A DNA stretch of 63,923 nt, the filler included. It is 3 parts of 3 records of this genome, joined end to end, with 100 filler letters (N's around TTAATTAATTAA, not from the genome) between each part and the next. Parts side by side here need not be neighbours in the genome. Positions count along the whole stretch, not along the records: positions 1 to 24,428 come from SRR20825006_1066; positions 24,529 to 48,917 come from SRR20825006_1068; 1 more part is not named here. One strand, written 5' to 3'. A program made the translations under genes and the position numbers. Within the stretch, counting starts at the first letter, position 1; every line of letters starts with the position of its first letter. The notes beneath the pieces were generated by a model that worked only from the letters and a program-made list of their open reading frames with translations, was not told the DNA's origin and did not search any database. Positions 20,338-30,357 of the stretch are shown here, piece after piece.

Positions 20338-22596
20338 ATGAAGAAAACTACATATACCGCCGAAATACTAAAATATATTCCCTTTTTATATGTTATTTGG
20401 TCTGATGAACTCCTTTCGCCTTCGGAGATTTCTGTATTTAAAAAATCTATAGAAACCGATTCTATTTCTGAAGCAGCCAAAACCACACTTAAAAAATGGA
20501 TTAATGCTGAAGAATCTCCTCTAGATGAAACTCTTGTTTCTTGGAAAAAAATAATTGATGATTCTGGATTAAAATTAATAGAAAGCGATGCTTACCCCTT
20601 AACCTCATTTAGTATGAGGTTGGCAAGCAATAGTCAATCTACAGAAATTTATGATGAAAGTTTAAAATATATAGAGATTAATTTAGGGATTCAACCCAAT
20701 CATTATCATCATCTATTTGATGTAAAAATAGAAACTGCTAGTAGCGCTGCTTTTTATTCAGCTGAAAAAATAGACACGCTCCTTAAAGGAGAACACGCTC
20801 CATATGTTGATAAATTTCGAGAGAAATTAAATGATCCCATTTTTGATTTTCAAATTATAAGAAACAAAGAAGAATTTAGAAATCATGTTTTAGCACAAGT
20901 TAAATTTTTAGCAAAAGATGGCTATGGCGCAATGGCATATGACAATGCATATGGAGGTATTGGAAACATGCCTACTTACGCAAGTATTTTTGAAAACCTA
21001 ATGTATGTAGACGGAAGTCTAACCATAAAATTTGGCGTTCAGTTTGGTCTTTTTGGAGGAAGTATCCAGAACTTAGGAACAAAAAAGCATCATGACAAAT
21101 ATTTAAAAGAAACTGGAGAAGCCAATCTTTTAGGTTGTTTCGCTATGACCGAAACCCGACATGGCTCTAATGTAAGAGGAGTAAAAACTACTGCTACTTA
21201 TGTAAAAGAAACCGATTCTATTGTTATTGAAACTCCTGGAGAAAACGATAATAAAGAATACATCGGGAATGCACTCCATGCGGAAATGGCAACTGTTTTT
21301 GCACAACTAATTGTAAACGGAAAAAACGAAGGCGTGCATGCTATCTTAACCAGAATAAGAAATAAGGATGGCAATTTAATGCCTGGTGTAAAAGTGGAAG
21401 ACAATGGCTACAAACTGGGACTTAACGGTGTTGATAATGGAAAAATATGGTTTTCTAACGTTGCTGTACCACGAGAAAACTTATTAAACAGGTATGGAGA
21501 TATTGACAAAGATGGAAATTACACCTCCCCAATAGAAAATCCTAATAAACGCTTTTTTACCATGCTCGGCACTTTGGTTGGTGGTAGAATTTGTGTTGCA
21601 AAAGGTGCATTAAGTGGTGCAAAAAAGGCTTTGTCTATTGCTGTAAAGTACGCCTTACAAAGACGACAATTTAACAGTAATGAAAAAATCCAAGAGGATT
21701 TAATAATGGATTATCCTACGCATCAACTACGTTTAATTAAACCCATAGCAAAATCTTATGTTTACCATACTGTTTTAGATAAACTCATTAAGGATTATGC
21801 CAATTCTAAAGAAGACGGGCGGAGAGAAATAGAAACCCAAGCAGCTGCGCTAAAAGCATCAATTACATGGTTTTCTAACCAAACAATTCAAGAATGTAGA
21901 GAAGCATGTGGTGGGAAAGGGTATTTAATAGAAAATAAAATTCCGCATATAAAAGGAGATGTAGATATTTTTACCACTTTTGAAGGAGATAACACGGTAT
22001 TGATTCAATTAGCTGCCAAAGGTATTTTAACTAATTTCAAAACTGAATTTAACAGTGATAATTTTATGGATGTGCTCAAATACGTAGGCACACAATTATC
22101 CGACAGACTCACTACAATTAATCCTATTTTTACCAATAAAACAGATAAAGAACACCTCTTTGATACTGAATTCCATAAAGAAGCTTTTGAATACAGAACC
22201 CGTAGACTTACATTTTCTGTTGCTTCTAGAGTTCAGAAATACATAAAAAAAGGAATTCCATCATACCAAGCATTTCTTAAAGTTCAAACACATATGGTTA
22301 TGCTAGGAAAAGCATATAGTGAAGAATTATCTTATAATGAATTTTTAAATTTTGTAGAAAAAATACAGGAAGAAGAACTTCGGTTCTTATTTAAAAAATT
22401 AGGCGCTTTATTTGCTTTGAGTGAGATAAACGACCATGCCGCTTGGTATTTAGAACATGGATATATTAGTGCTAATAAATCTAAGGCTATTAGAAAGCAG
22501 GTAGAACGGATTTGTTCGGAATTAAGGCCACATGTAAATACGCTTGTTGATGGCTTCGGGATTCCAAAAAGCTGCTTAAAAACTCCAATTTTATAG
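20338..22596 (+). CDS. Acyl-CoA oxidase / dehydrogenase family protein
   Basis: GCFAMTETRHGSNV, KLGLNGVDNG, CREACGGKGY, TFEGDNTVL. Confidence 0.9.
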   Translation: MKKTTYTAEILKYIPFLYVIWSDELLSPSEISVFKKSIETDSISEAAKTTLKKWINAEESPLDETLVSWKKIIDDSGLKLIESDAYPLTSFSMRLASNSQSTEIYDESLKYIEINLGIQPNHYHHLFDVKIETASSAAFYSAEKIDTLLKGEHAPYVDKFREKLNDPIFDFQIIRNKEEFRNHVLAQVKFLAKDGYGAMAYDNAYGGIGNMPTYASIFENLMYVDGSLTIKFGVQFGLFGGSIQNLGTKKHHDKYLKETGEANLLGCFAMTETRHGSNVRGVKTTATYVKETDSIVIETPGENDNKEYIGNALHAEMATVFAQLIVNGKNEGVHAILTRIRNKDGNLMPGVKVEDNGYKLGLNGVDNGKIWFSNVAVPRENLLNRYGDIDKDGNYTSPIENPNKRFFTMLGTLVGGRICVAKGALSGAKKALSIAVKYALQRRQFNSNEKIQEDLIMDYPTHQLRLIKPIAKSYVYHTVLDKLIKDYANSKEDGRREIETQAAALKASITWFSNQTIQECREACGGKGYLIENKIPHIKGDVDIFTTFEGDNTVLIQLAAKGILTNFKTEFNSDNFMDVLKYVGTQLSDRLTTINPIFTNKTDKEHLFDTEFHKEAFEYRTRRLTFSVASRVQKYIKKGIPSYQAFLKVQTHMVMLGKAYSEELSYNEFLNFVEKIQEEELRFLFKKLGALFALSEINDHAAWYLEHGYISANKSKAIRKQVERICSELRPHVNTLVDGFGIPKSCLKTPIL

Positions 22597-22603
22597 CAAC
22601 AAA

Positions 22604-22689
22604 AAGTGGCTGTCTAAAAAATATTTATACGCTAAGTGTCATCCTGAGCTCAGTTTGACAACTACAAAACATTTTTTAAACAGCCACTT
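22604..22689. repeat. Nested inverted-repeat element (MITE/REP-like; may also be a bidirectional terminator)
   Basis: 19-bp arms AAGTGGCTGTCTAAAAAAT / ATTTTTTAAACAGCCACTT (1 mismatch) enclosing TGTCA..CTGAGCTCAG..TGACA, between convergent genes. Confidence 0.65.
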
Positions 22690-22710
22690 AATAAGTGTTA
22701 TGTATAATAA

Positions 22711-23298
22711 TTAATCTTCTAAAGAAGCAACCATTGCATCACTATAGTTACAAGCTACTCTTTCTTGTAAATAAGCTACAGCTTCTGCTCTTGGAGTTGC
22801 AGGATCAATCTTAACTTCTTCTCCATTTGGAAGGTGTACAATATACATACCTTCTTTGAATGAAGAAAGTTCAATAACTTCTCCTGTTGGTTTAATAGCA
22901 CTCCATGACTTAGCATCTGGGCTATAAACTAAATCTACTTTTTCTCCTTTTTTAGGCCCTTCCACAACAGATACTTGCATTCTATTTTTAGTAGCTGTCA
23001 TTTCATAAGTATTTCCGTCTCTTTCGACAATCTGAGTTTCTTTTTCTCCCTCTTTCATTGCAATTGGATTAGAACCTGTCCAAAACTCAATTACATTAAA
23101 AATAATTGCATCACCCAAAAAGAATAAACCGTATACTGGAATAATGTTTAAACCCCAAAAGATAAGGTTGTTCACAAACTTATTTCCTGTTACTCCTTGG
23201 TTCCAATCTTTCAAACCATTGAAAGCGCTAAAAGACCCTAAACAGCTTGAACATAAAATAGTAAGTGCTAACGCACCAGAAATGACAACTTTTTTCAT
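22711..23298 (-). CDS. DUF3332-like lipoprotein
   Basis: SSCLGSF lipobox, NKFVNNLIFW..IIPVY, DAIIFNVIEFWTGSNP. Confidence 0.75.
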   Translation of the reverse strand: MKKVVISGALALTILCSSCLGSFSAFNGLKDWNQGVTGNKFVNNLIFWGLNIIPVYGLFFLGDAIIFNVIEFWTGSNPIAMKEGEKETQIVERDGNTYEMTATKNRMQVSVVEGPKKGEKVDLVYSPDAKSWSAIKPTGEVIELSSFKEGMYIVHLPNGEEVKIDPATPRAEAVAYLQERVACNYSDAMVASLED

Positions 23299-23365
23299 AA
23301 TAAAAAAATTTTTTGATTATTAGTTAATCTAATTTATTAATAAAATTAGAAATAACATCACTTTT

Positions 23366-24373
23366 TTATAGTAATTTTCCTAAGTTATAAAAGAAAAATC
23401 GCTTATCATTATTCATTGCAACGAACAAACCGTCTTTAAATACAGGGGTTAAGCTTGTAGTAACAATCTCACAACCATCTGTTTCTTGTGTACTTAAATT
23501 CAACTCCTTAACAAACTCATGCGTGTTTTTATTAAAAATTACAAAACTATGGTTTTGCTGATTCGAAACTATAATATAGCTCTCTCCATTAGGTAAATCT
23601 GCGATGCAAAGTCCTTCTATATCATCTAGAAAATATTCACCCCCAAAAAAGGCTAACTCTTCATTCCCTTTAGATGGCTCTGCATAATACTTATGTATTC
23701 CAGCACCTTCATCAGAATAATAAACTATTCCTTCCTTATCGTCTACAGCAATGGCTTCGATTTCCTTTTTCCCACTAAATTTTCCAAACTTTCGAACTAG
23801 TTCTGCTTTTACTCCTAATGAATCCGACTTTAAGATGTATTGATATAAATAACCATCTAACGGACCTGTTTTACGTCCTACAATTGCATACATAGCCCCA
23901 TCTACTTCAGAATGGTATAAACTTATCCCCATCGGTAAATTTTGTTCTGGCGCTGTTACATCAGTAAAAACAGGAAAACCACCACCATCTAAAGGTTTCA
24001 TATCTGGAATTGAAAACAATCGTATTTGCTGACGCTCTCTCTCAGTAAAAGCTAATACATCTACTTTTGTAGAATCGTTTAATTGAAAATCGTATCTAAG
24101 ATCAACATTATTTGGACGTTTTAATCCTCTTATTGTTTTACTTTCTATTATTTTTCCTTCTAAATCAAAAGCATAAATAGCGCCATCGGTATCTTTATCG
24201 GTTCCAAAAACAATACTTTTAGAAGGATCTTTTTTGTTAACCCATATTGCAGGATCATCTGTATCGTGTAATGTAGATTCTGTAATTACATCTGGACTTA
24301 TAGCTGGTAAATTATTCTTTTTACACCCAATTACCACAAGTGCTGTCAATGCTAAAACTCTATATATTTTCAT
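23366..24373 (-). CDS. Beta-propeller phytase (3-phytase), lipoprotein
   Basis: DTDDPAIW, GTDK, RPNNVDLR, EIEAIAVD, YSDE, DIEGL, ETDG. Confidence 0.9.
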   Translation of the reverse strand: MKIYRVLALTALVVIGCKKNNLPAISPDVITESTLHDTDDPAIWVNKKDPSKSIVFGTDKDTDGAIYAFDLEGKIIESKTIRGLKRPNNVDLRYDFQLNDSTKVDVLAFTERERQQIRLFSIPDMKPLDGGGFPVFTDVTAPEQNLPMGISLYHSEVDGAMYAIVGRKTGPLDGYLYQYILKSDSLGVKAELVRKFGKFSGKKEIEAIAVDDKEGIVYYSDEGAGIHKYYAEPSKGNEELAFFGGEYFLDDIEGLCIADLPNGESYIIVSNQQNHSFVIFNKNTHEFVKELNLSTQETDGCEIVTTSLTPVFKDGLFVAMNNDKRFFFYNLGKLL

Positions 24374-24428
24374 TTTGAATATTTTATTTATTTTTATTAT
24401 TGTCCGATAAAAGTTAACGGAATTTATT

Positions 24429-24528
24429 NNNNNNNNNNNNNNNNNNNNNNNNNNNNNNNNNNNNNNNNNNNNTTAATTAATTAANNNNNNNNNNNNNNNN
24501 NNNNNNNNNNNNNNNNNNNNNNNNNNNN
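24429..24528. other. Artificial contig-joining linker
   Basis: 44 N + TTAATTAATTAA (stops in all six frames) + 44 N. Confidence 0.99.
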
Positions 24529-24942
24529 TTTGAACTTTTCTTTGATTATAAAATTTGGACAACTCTTTTCCAATAAAGTGTAAACTCTTTATAATCAAAA
24601 TTACAGCCGTTTTTGCGAAGGCTACAGGTTGGTATATGGCTCATACGTGAAAAATCGGCACGATTTTCCCACCGAGACTTAAAGGTGTGGAATAGCGCAT
24701 AACATTGGTCAGAAAATCATCCGCAATGTGTTGGATGAGCCGGATGGTTAAGACCACCAAAAACGGAAGATTTGAGCTGCCCAATATTTGATTTTAGTGA
24801 GTTGAAAATTAGATTTTTGTGTTAGTTTTGAAAGTGCTCAATTTTGTCCGGCGAAGGAGGTATACTATGTCCGGCGTTTCCATTATATCTAACGCTTCCA
24901 AATTTTTGTTCGGTTTTGAAATAGACCCAAATGACTGTAGCT

Positions 24943-25665
24943 TTACTTGATTTTAAAACTATAGAGGTAAGGTGCTCTATGGGCTCCTCCTGTAAATAGC
25001 TTTTCATGACGGACCAAGCTTTTTGTAGCCAGCATCCTCCGTTGGAATGCGGTACGCTTAAAGGTTTCGCCCATTATCTTTTCATAGGCATTCTGCAATT
25101 CTTTCATGGTAAATTTTGTAGGAAGCAGATTCATGCCCAACAATTTTTTGTCCAGATTTTCACGTATGGTTTCAAGTGCTTTTTGGACAATTTCCTCATG
25201 GTCCATCATCAATGGGGGAAGTTCATCCAATGAATACCATTCAATACTGTCGGCCAAAGAATCAGGAATGGGATTGACTTCTTCAAAATTGATCAATGCA
25301 TAATAGGCGATGGAAATAAACCGGTCCAATAGCCATTCATGAGCCTTGATGTCCAATCCATTCATTTCCAATATTCGCTCCATGGCTTTGGAATCAAATC
25401 TATCGAGATCCCCGAAAGTATGGAACTGCTCCAAATAAAGGTCTTCTATTCCTGTGCGCTCCATTACACCTTTGGTGACAGCATCTTTGAGACTTTCGTT
25501 TCGTTTTACAAAACCTCCAGGCAAAGCGAATAAGCCGGTGTTTTGATATTCCAACACCAAAATTTTTAACTGCTTTCCATTGAAACCAAATATGACAGAA
25601 TCAAATGCGATATGGGAAAGATAGTCTTCCTTTTTAGGCCCCAGTGAATGTTTGTCAGTGTTCAA
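24943..25665 (-). CDS. NrtR-family regulator (Nudix-like + winged HTH)
   Basis: DSVIFGF, ALPGGFV..NESL, LEQFHTFG, DH..IV, FTMKELQ..YE, FQRRML, HRAPYLY; degenerate Nudix box. Confidence 0.9.
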   Translation of the reverse strand: MNTDKHSLGPKKEDYLSHIAFDSVIFGFNGKQLKILVLEYQNTGLFALPGGFVKRNESLKDAVTKGVMERTGIEDLYLEQFHTFGDLDRFDSKAMERILEMNGLDIKAHEWLLDRFISIAYYALINFEEVNPIPDSLADSIEWYSLDELPPLMMDHEEIVQKALETIRENLDKKLLGMNLLPTKFTMKELQNAYEKIMGETFKRTAFQRRMLATKSLVRHEKLFTGGAHRAPYLYSFKIK

Positions 25666-25712
25666 AATAGATTTTTTGTAAATAAAGCGTGAAAAGTCGA
25701 AAAAACAAAGTA

Positions 25713-25737
25713 TTATTGTAACAATATGTTACAATAA
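25713..25737. promoter_or_regulatory. Candidate NrtR operator
   Basis: Perfect palindrome TTATTGTAACA-ATA-TGTTACAATAA between the divergent nrtR and esterase starts. Confidence 0.7.
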
Positions 25738-25756
25738 CAAAGAGAACAAACGCACA

Positions 25757-27385
25757 ATGAAGAAATTAGCTATCAACTTAATGATTTTATTAGGATTTGG
25801 CATTAGTGCTCATGCACAGAACACTAATGCCTTTCCAGTCCAAGTGAAACTGAAAAACGGAACAATTGAAGGACTTTATGACACACATTCGGGCATCCAA
25901 AAGTACTTTGGGATTCCCTTTGCAAAACCACCTGTAGGGGAACTTCGCTGGAAAGCTCCCCAACCTTTGGATGCATGGGAAGGTGTTAAGGAAACAAAAG
26001 CATTCGGTCCTCGACCTATACAGGCTATGGTATTCGGGGATATGAAATCCCGCTCAAAAGGTTTGAGTGAGGACTGTCTATACTTAAATGTATGGACACC
26101 TGCTAAACACAGCGAAAAAGACCTTCCTGTTTTGGTCTATTTCTATGGAGGAGGAAACGTTGCTGGAGATGCATCCGAGTATAGATATGATGGTGAGAGC
26201 ATGGCCAAAAAGGGCATTGTGGTCGTGACAACCAATTATCGCCTGAATATTTTCGGGAATTTAGCACACCCTGAACTGACCGCAGAGGCCCCGTATAAAG
26301 CATCTGGTAATTACGGTCAATTGGATCAGAACATGGCCCTCAAGTGGGTGCAGGAGAATATTACAGCATTTGGTGGTAATCCCGAGAAAGTGACCATTGC
26401 AGGAGAGTCTGCAGGTTCCATAGGCGTGAGTGTACAGATGGCCTCCCCCTTGTCAAAAAGCCTTATTGCAGGGGCAATAGGGGAAAGTGGAGCGGCAATT
26501 TCACCTACAATGGCTCCTGTTTCCTTGGAAGAGGCAGAGAAACAAGGAACACAGTTTCTTGAAAGCACAGGTGTGGAAAATATAGCCGAGCTAAGGAAAC
26601 TGAGCACAAGAGAAATCTATGAAAAGTATAACGACTCCAAAAGGTTTGGTTTTCCCATGGTAATTGATGGCTATCTTCTACCCAAAACGCTGCCTGAAAT
26701 TTTTGCTTCGAAACAACAGGCCCAAGTACCGTTATTGGTTGGATGGAATTCTGCGGAAATACCGGGTATGGCATTTACACAGGGCCCAATCACAAAAGAG
26801 GCTTTTGTTGAAAAGGTAAAGCAAAACTATCCCAAGAAATATGAGGAGGTTTTGGAACTCTATCCTCATGGCACATCCACGGAAGTAGAATGGGCAGCGA
26901 CCAATCTCGCATCCGATAACTTTATAGTTTACAGTACTTGGAAATGGTTCGATTTGCACCGTAAAAACTCAGACCAACCGGTTTATCGATATCTATACAG
27001 CAAGATACGTCCACCCTTACGTGATCAAAATAAAGTTTCGGGATTGGCGGGCGGAACCGTAGAAAGGGATTCCGGAGCACCTCAAATGCCCAAGGCAATC
27101 GGGGCGCCACATGCCGCAGAAATCGAATATGCTATGGGCAATTTACATCTTGTGGATGATTATGCCTGGACCGCCGATGATTATAAAGCATCCGACACCA
27201 TGCAGGAGTTCTTTGCGAACTTTATTAAAACAGGTGACCCTAATGATGGGGAGCTTCCTACTTGGGATGCCGCCAAAGCAAATGATGGTAATCCTCCTGT
27301 AATGGTCATTGATACCAAAAGCGAATTGATCAAAGCATCGAACGATGCTCGCTATAACTTTTTAGACCAAGTTTATAAAAATTGA
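25757..27385 (+). CDS. Secreted type-B carboxylesterase
   Basis: Signal peptide, GIPFAKPPVGELRW, SEDCLYLNVW, YGGG oxyanion hole, GESAG nucleophile, GAPHAAEI. Confidence 0.93.
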   Translation: MKKLAINLMILLGFGISAHAQNTNAFPVQVKLKNGTIEGLYDTHSGIQKYFGIPFAKPPVGELRWKAPQPLDAWEGVKETKAFGPRPIQAMVFGDMKSRSKGLSEDCLYLNVWTPAKHSEKDLPVLVYFYGGGNVAGDASEYRYDGESMAKKGIVVVTTNYRLNIFGNLAHPELTAEAPYKASGNYGQLDQNMALKWVQENITAFGGNPEKVTIAGESAGSIGVSVQMASPLSKSLIAGAIGESGAAISPTMAPVSLEEAEKQGTQFLESTGVENIAELRKLSTREIYEKYNDSKRFGFPMVIDGYLLPKTLPEIFASKQQAQVPLLVGWNSAEIPGMAFTQGPITKEAFVEKVKQNYPKKYEEVLELYPHGTSTEVEWAATNLASDNFIVYSTWKWFDLHRKNSDQPVYRYLYSKIRPPLRDQNKVSGLAGGTVERDSGAPQMPKAIGAPHAAEIEYAMGNLHLVDDYAWTADDYKASDTMQEFFANFIKTGDPNDGELPTWDAAKANDGNPPVMVIDTKSELIKASNDARYNFLDQVYKN

Positions 27386-28686
27386 TTCTCTTTACTGGAA
27401 TAGCGATTACTGTGGTATTGCTGGCACTTATCCTTTCTAAAAAGGTAAGTGCCCTTTCCGCTTTGATTCTGGTCCCTATTATAGGTTCGTTGATTGCTGG
27501 CTTTGGTCTGGATACCGCAGATTTTGCCATACAAGGCATCAAGAATATTGCACCGGTGGTCGCCATGTTCGTCTTCGCCATATTGTTTTTTGGTGTTTTG
27601 ACCGATGCTGGGATGTTCGACCCGATTATCAATACCATCCTTAGATTGGTGGGGCGCAATCCAGTAAAAATTACCATAGGTACGGCCATTCTTTCAATGA
27701 TTGTTCACTTGGACGGTTCTGGAGCGGTTACTTTTCTCATTGCCGTTCCCGCTATGTTGCCTCTTTTTGAGGAGCTCAAAATGGACAAAAGGGTATTGGC
27801 CTGTGTTGTTGCCCTTGGTGCAGGAACAATGAACCTCGTCCCTTGGGGCGGACCTACCATTCGGGCAGCTACGGCACTACAGGTCGAGATAACGGAATTG
27901 TACACTCCTGTAATGATACCCCAATTGTTCGGAATATTGTTTGTTTTGGTCATTGCATGGTATTTAGGCTCAAAAGAGGCTAAAAGGCTTCAACTGGGTT
28001 CCATGGATGATGATAAAGTTGACGGGTATCAGAAAAAAGTTTCAGAAGAAGAAAAAAGGATGAGAAGGCCTCAATTGTTCTGGTTCAATATCTTGTTGAC
28101 CATTGCAGTGATTGTATTGCTGATCATGGGTATTGTCGCACCTGCACTGCTATTTATGCTAGGTACCATAATTGCCCTAATGGTAAACTATCCAAACCTT
28201 AAAGATCAAGCTTCCCGGATAGATTCCCACGCAAAAGCATCCCTTTTGATGGCAAGTATCCTACTGGCAGCGGGTGTCTTTACCGGCATCATGACAGAAT
28301 CCGGTATGATTGCTGAAATGGCAAGTGCAATGGCTGATGTAATTCCTGATGGTGCAGGGGAACAAATTCCGCTCATCATGGCAGTCACTAGCATGCCCTT
28401 GAGCTTTGTTTTTGACCCAGATTCCTTCTATTTTGGATTTTTGCCCGTGATATCTGAAGTAGCAGGTCAATTTAATGTAGAACCCATTAGTGTGGGTCAG
28501 GCCGCCATATTGGGGCAAATGACCACTGGGTTTCCATTGAGCCCATTGACAGCAACGACATTCTTGCTCATCGGTTTGGCAAAAGTGGATTTAGCGGAAC
28601 ATCAGCGGTTTACTTTTAAATATGCATTCGGTGCGACCATTGTTATGACCATTGTATCTATATTAATAGGAACTATTCCCATATAA
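27382..28686 (+). CDS. CitMHS-family citrate/carboxylate-metal:H+ symporter
   Basis: Polytopic; FAILFFG...DAGMFDP, LDGSGA.TFL, NLVPWGGP; TTGA overlap with esterase stop. Confidence 0.88.
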   Translation: MILFTGIAITVVLLALILSKKVSALSALILVPIIGSLIAGFGLDTADFAIQGIKNIAPVVAMFVFAILFFGVLTDAGMFDPIINTILRLVGRNPVKITIGTAILSMIVHLDGSGAVTFLIAVPAMLPLFEELKMDKRVLACVVALGAGTMNLVPWGGPTIRAATALQVEITELYTPVMIPQLFGILFVLVIAWYLGSKEAKRLQLGSMDDDKVDGYQKKVSEEEKRMRRPQLFWFNILLTIAVIVLLIMGIVAPALLFMLGTIIALMVNYPNLKDQASRIDSHAKASLLMASILLAAGVFTGIMTESGMIAEMASAMADVIPDGAGEQIPLIMAVTSMPLSFVFDPDSFYFGFLPVISEVAGQFNVEPISVGQAAILGQMTTGFPLSPLTATTFLLIGLAKVDLAEHQRFTFKYAFGATIVMTIVSILIGTIPI

Positions 28687-28689
28687 AGC

Positions 28690-30033
28690 ATGATACCAGA
28701 AAAAATTATTCGCATTGGCTCGGGAGCAGGGTATTCGGGTGACCGGATAGAACCCGCTGTGGACCTGATAAAAGAGGGCAATTTGGATTATATCATATTC
28801 GAATGTCTTGCAGAGCGGACCATTGCCTTGGCACAATTGCAGAAAATGCAGGATCCTGAGCTGGGATATGACCCTTTATTGGAAGAGCGGATGAAGGCCT
28901 GCTTGACGCATTGTGTTTCAAAAAAGGTTAAACTTATCAGCAATATGGGAGCGGCCAATCCATTGGCAGCAGCAAAGAAGACCGCAACGATTGCCCAAGA
29001 ACTTGGTCTAACCAACTTAAAAATAGCCGCCGTGTTCGGGGATGATGTTATGCCCATGTTGGATTTCAGCACACAGACCTTTTTGGAAAGCGGCGAACCC
29101 CTATCGGTTTTAGGGAATAAAATCATTTCCGCAAATGCTTATATGGGCGTTGAGGGAATTTTAATAGCATTGGAAGAAGGGGCTGATATCATATTGACAG
29201 GAAGAGTGGCCGACCCTTCCCTGTTCTTGGCTCCACTTATCCATGAATTCGATTGGTCGATGAATGACTATCCACTCTTGGGAAAAGGAACGGTCTTAGG
29301 GCATTTAATGGAATGTGCGGGCCAAGTATGTGGGGGCTATTTTGCCGATGGAGTAAAAAAACAAGTTCAGAACTTGGGCAATCTGGGGTATCCCATTGCA
29401 GAAATAAAGAATGATGGCTCATTCCATATTACCAAATTAAAGGATTCGGGTGGTATGGTGACACCTGCAACATGTAAAGAACAATTGTTGTACGAGGTAC
29501 ATGATCCTTCCGCATATTTGACACCTGATGTGGTTGCGGACTTTTCCAATATAACGTTAAAGGAGATAGAAAAGGACAAAGTTGAAGTTTATGGTGCTTC
29601 GGGAAAGACATTGACTGGAAAGTTGAAAGTTTCGGTGGGGTATCATGATGGTTACATGGCTGAAGCGCAAATAAGTTATGGCGGGAGCTATGCATTGGAA
29701 AGGGGCCAATTGGCCATTGAAATTGTCAAGGAACGACTTGAAGCCAGGAATCTCGTAGTAGAAGATATTCTTTTTGACCTTATCGGAATCAATAGCCTTT
29801 TTAAAGAGTATAATTCAGACATCAACCCTCAAGAAGTACGGTTGCGTGTAGCGGCCAAAACCAAAACCAAGGAAGCAGCCGTAAAATTGGTGAATGAAGT
29901 GGAAACCCTATATACCAATGGTCCGGCAGCCGGTGGCGGTATTTCCAAGTTAGTTACGGAGGTCATAGCCATTCAATCCATTTTGATTGACAAAAAAAAG
30001 GTGGTGCCGCAGGTTGAATATTTTGAAAGTTAA
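28690..30033 (+). CDS. AtuA / DUF1446 family protein (N-terminal part)
   Basis: GSGAGYSGDR, FECLAERT, TGRVADPS, GHLMECAGQ, EQLLYEVHDP..YLTPDV, LYTNGPAAGGG. Confidence 0.9.
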   Translation: MIPEKIIRIGSGAGYSGDRIEPAVDLIKEGNLDYIIFECLAERTIALAQLQKMQDPELGYDPLLEERMKACLTHCVSKKVKLISNMGAANPLAAAKKTATIAQELGLTNLKIAAVFGDDVMPMLDFSTQTFLESGEPLSVLGNKIISANAYMGVEGILIALEEGADIILTGRVADPSLFLAPLIHEFDWSMNDYPLLGKGTVLGHLMECAGQVCGGYFADGVKKQVQNLGNLGYPIAEIKNDGSFHITKLKDSGGMVTPATCKEQLLYEVHDPSAYLTPDVVADFSNITLKEIEKDKVEVYGASGKTLTGKLKVSVGYHDGYMAEAQISYGGSYALERGQLAIEIVKERLEARNLVVEDILFDLIGINSLFKEYNSDINPQEVRLRVAAKTKTKEAAVKLVNEVETLYTNGPAAGGGISKLVTEVIAIQSILIDKKKVVPQVEYFES

Positions 30034-30035
30034 TT

Positions 30036-30347
30036 ATGAAACTTAAAGAGATAGCACATTCGCGAACAGGAGACAAAGGGGACATGGTAAATATTTCTGT
30101 GATTGCCTTTGATGAGAAGGATTATCCCATAATTCAAAAAAAAGTGACCGCCGAAAAAGTCAAGCTTTTTTTGGGTGAAACTATTCAAGGGGAAATAATA
30201 CGGTATGAGGTTGCAACATTGGGAGCAATCAATTTTGTAATGCACAAAGCTCTTAGGGGAGGGGTCACCCGTTCGTTGCGATTGGATAAACACGGCAAGA
30301 CATTGTCCTCTATTCTGTTGGAAATGCCCATAAATACTAACGATTAA
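30036..30347 (+). CDS. AtuA-related small protein (stand-alone equivalent of the AtuA C-terminal domain)
   Basis: AHSRTGDKGD, RYE, NFV...L.GGVTRSLRLD.HGK motifs. Confidence 0.85.
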   Translation: MKLKEIAHSRTGDKGDMVNISVIAFDEKDYPIIQKKVTAEKVKLFLGETIQGEIIRYEVATLGAINFVMHKALRGGVTRSLRLDKHGKTLSSILLEMPINTND

Positions 30348-30357
30348 AAACAAATTG

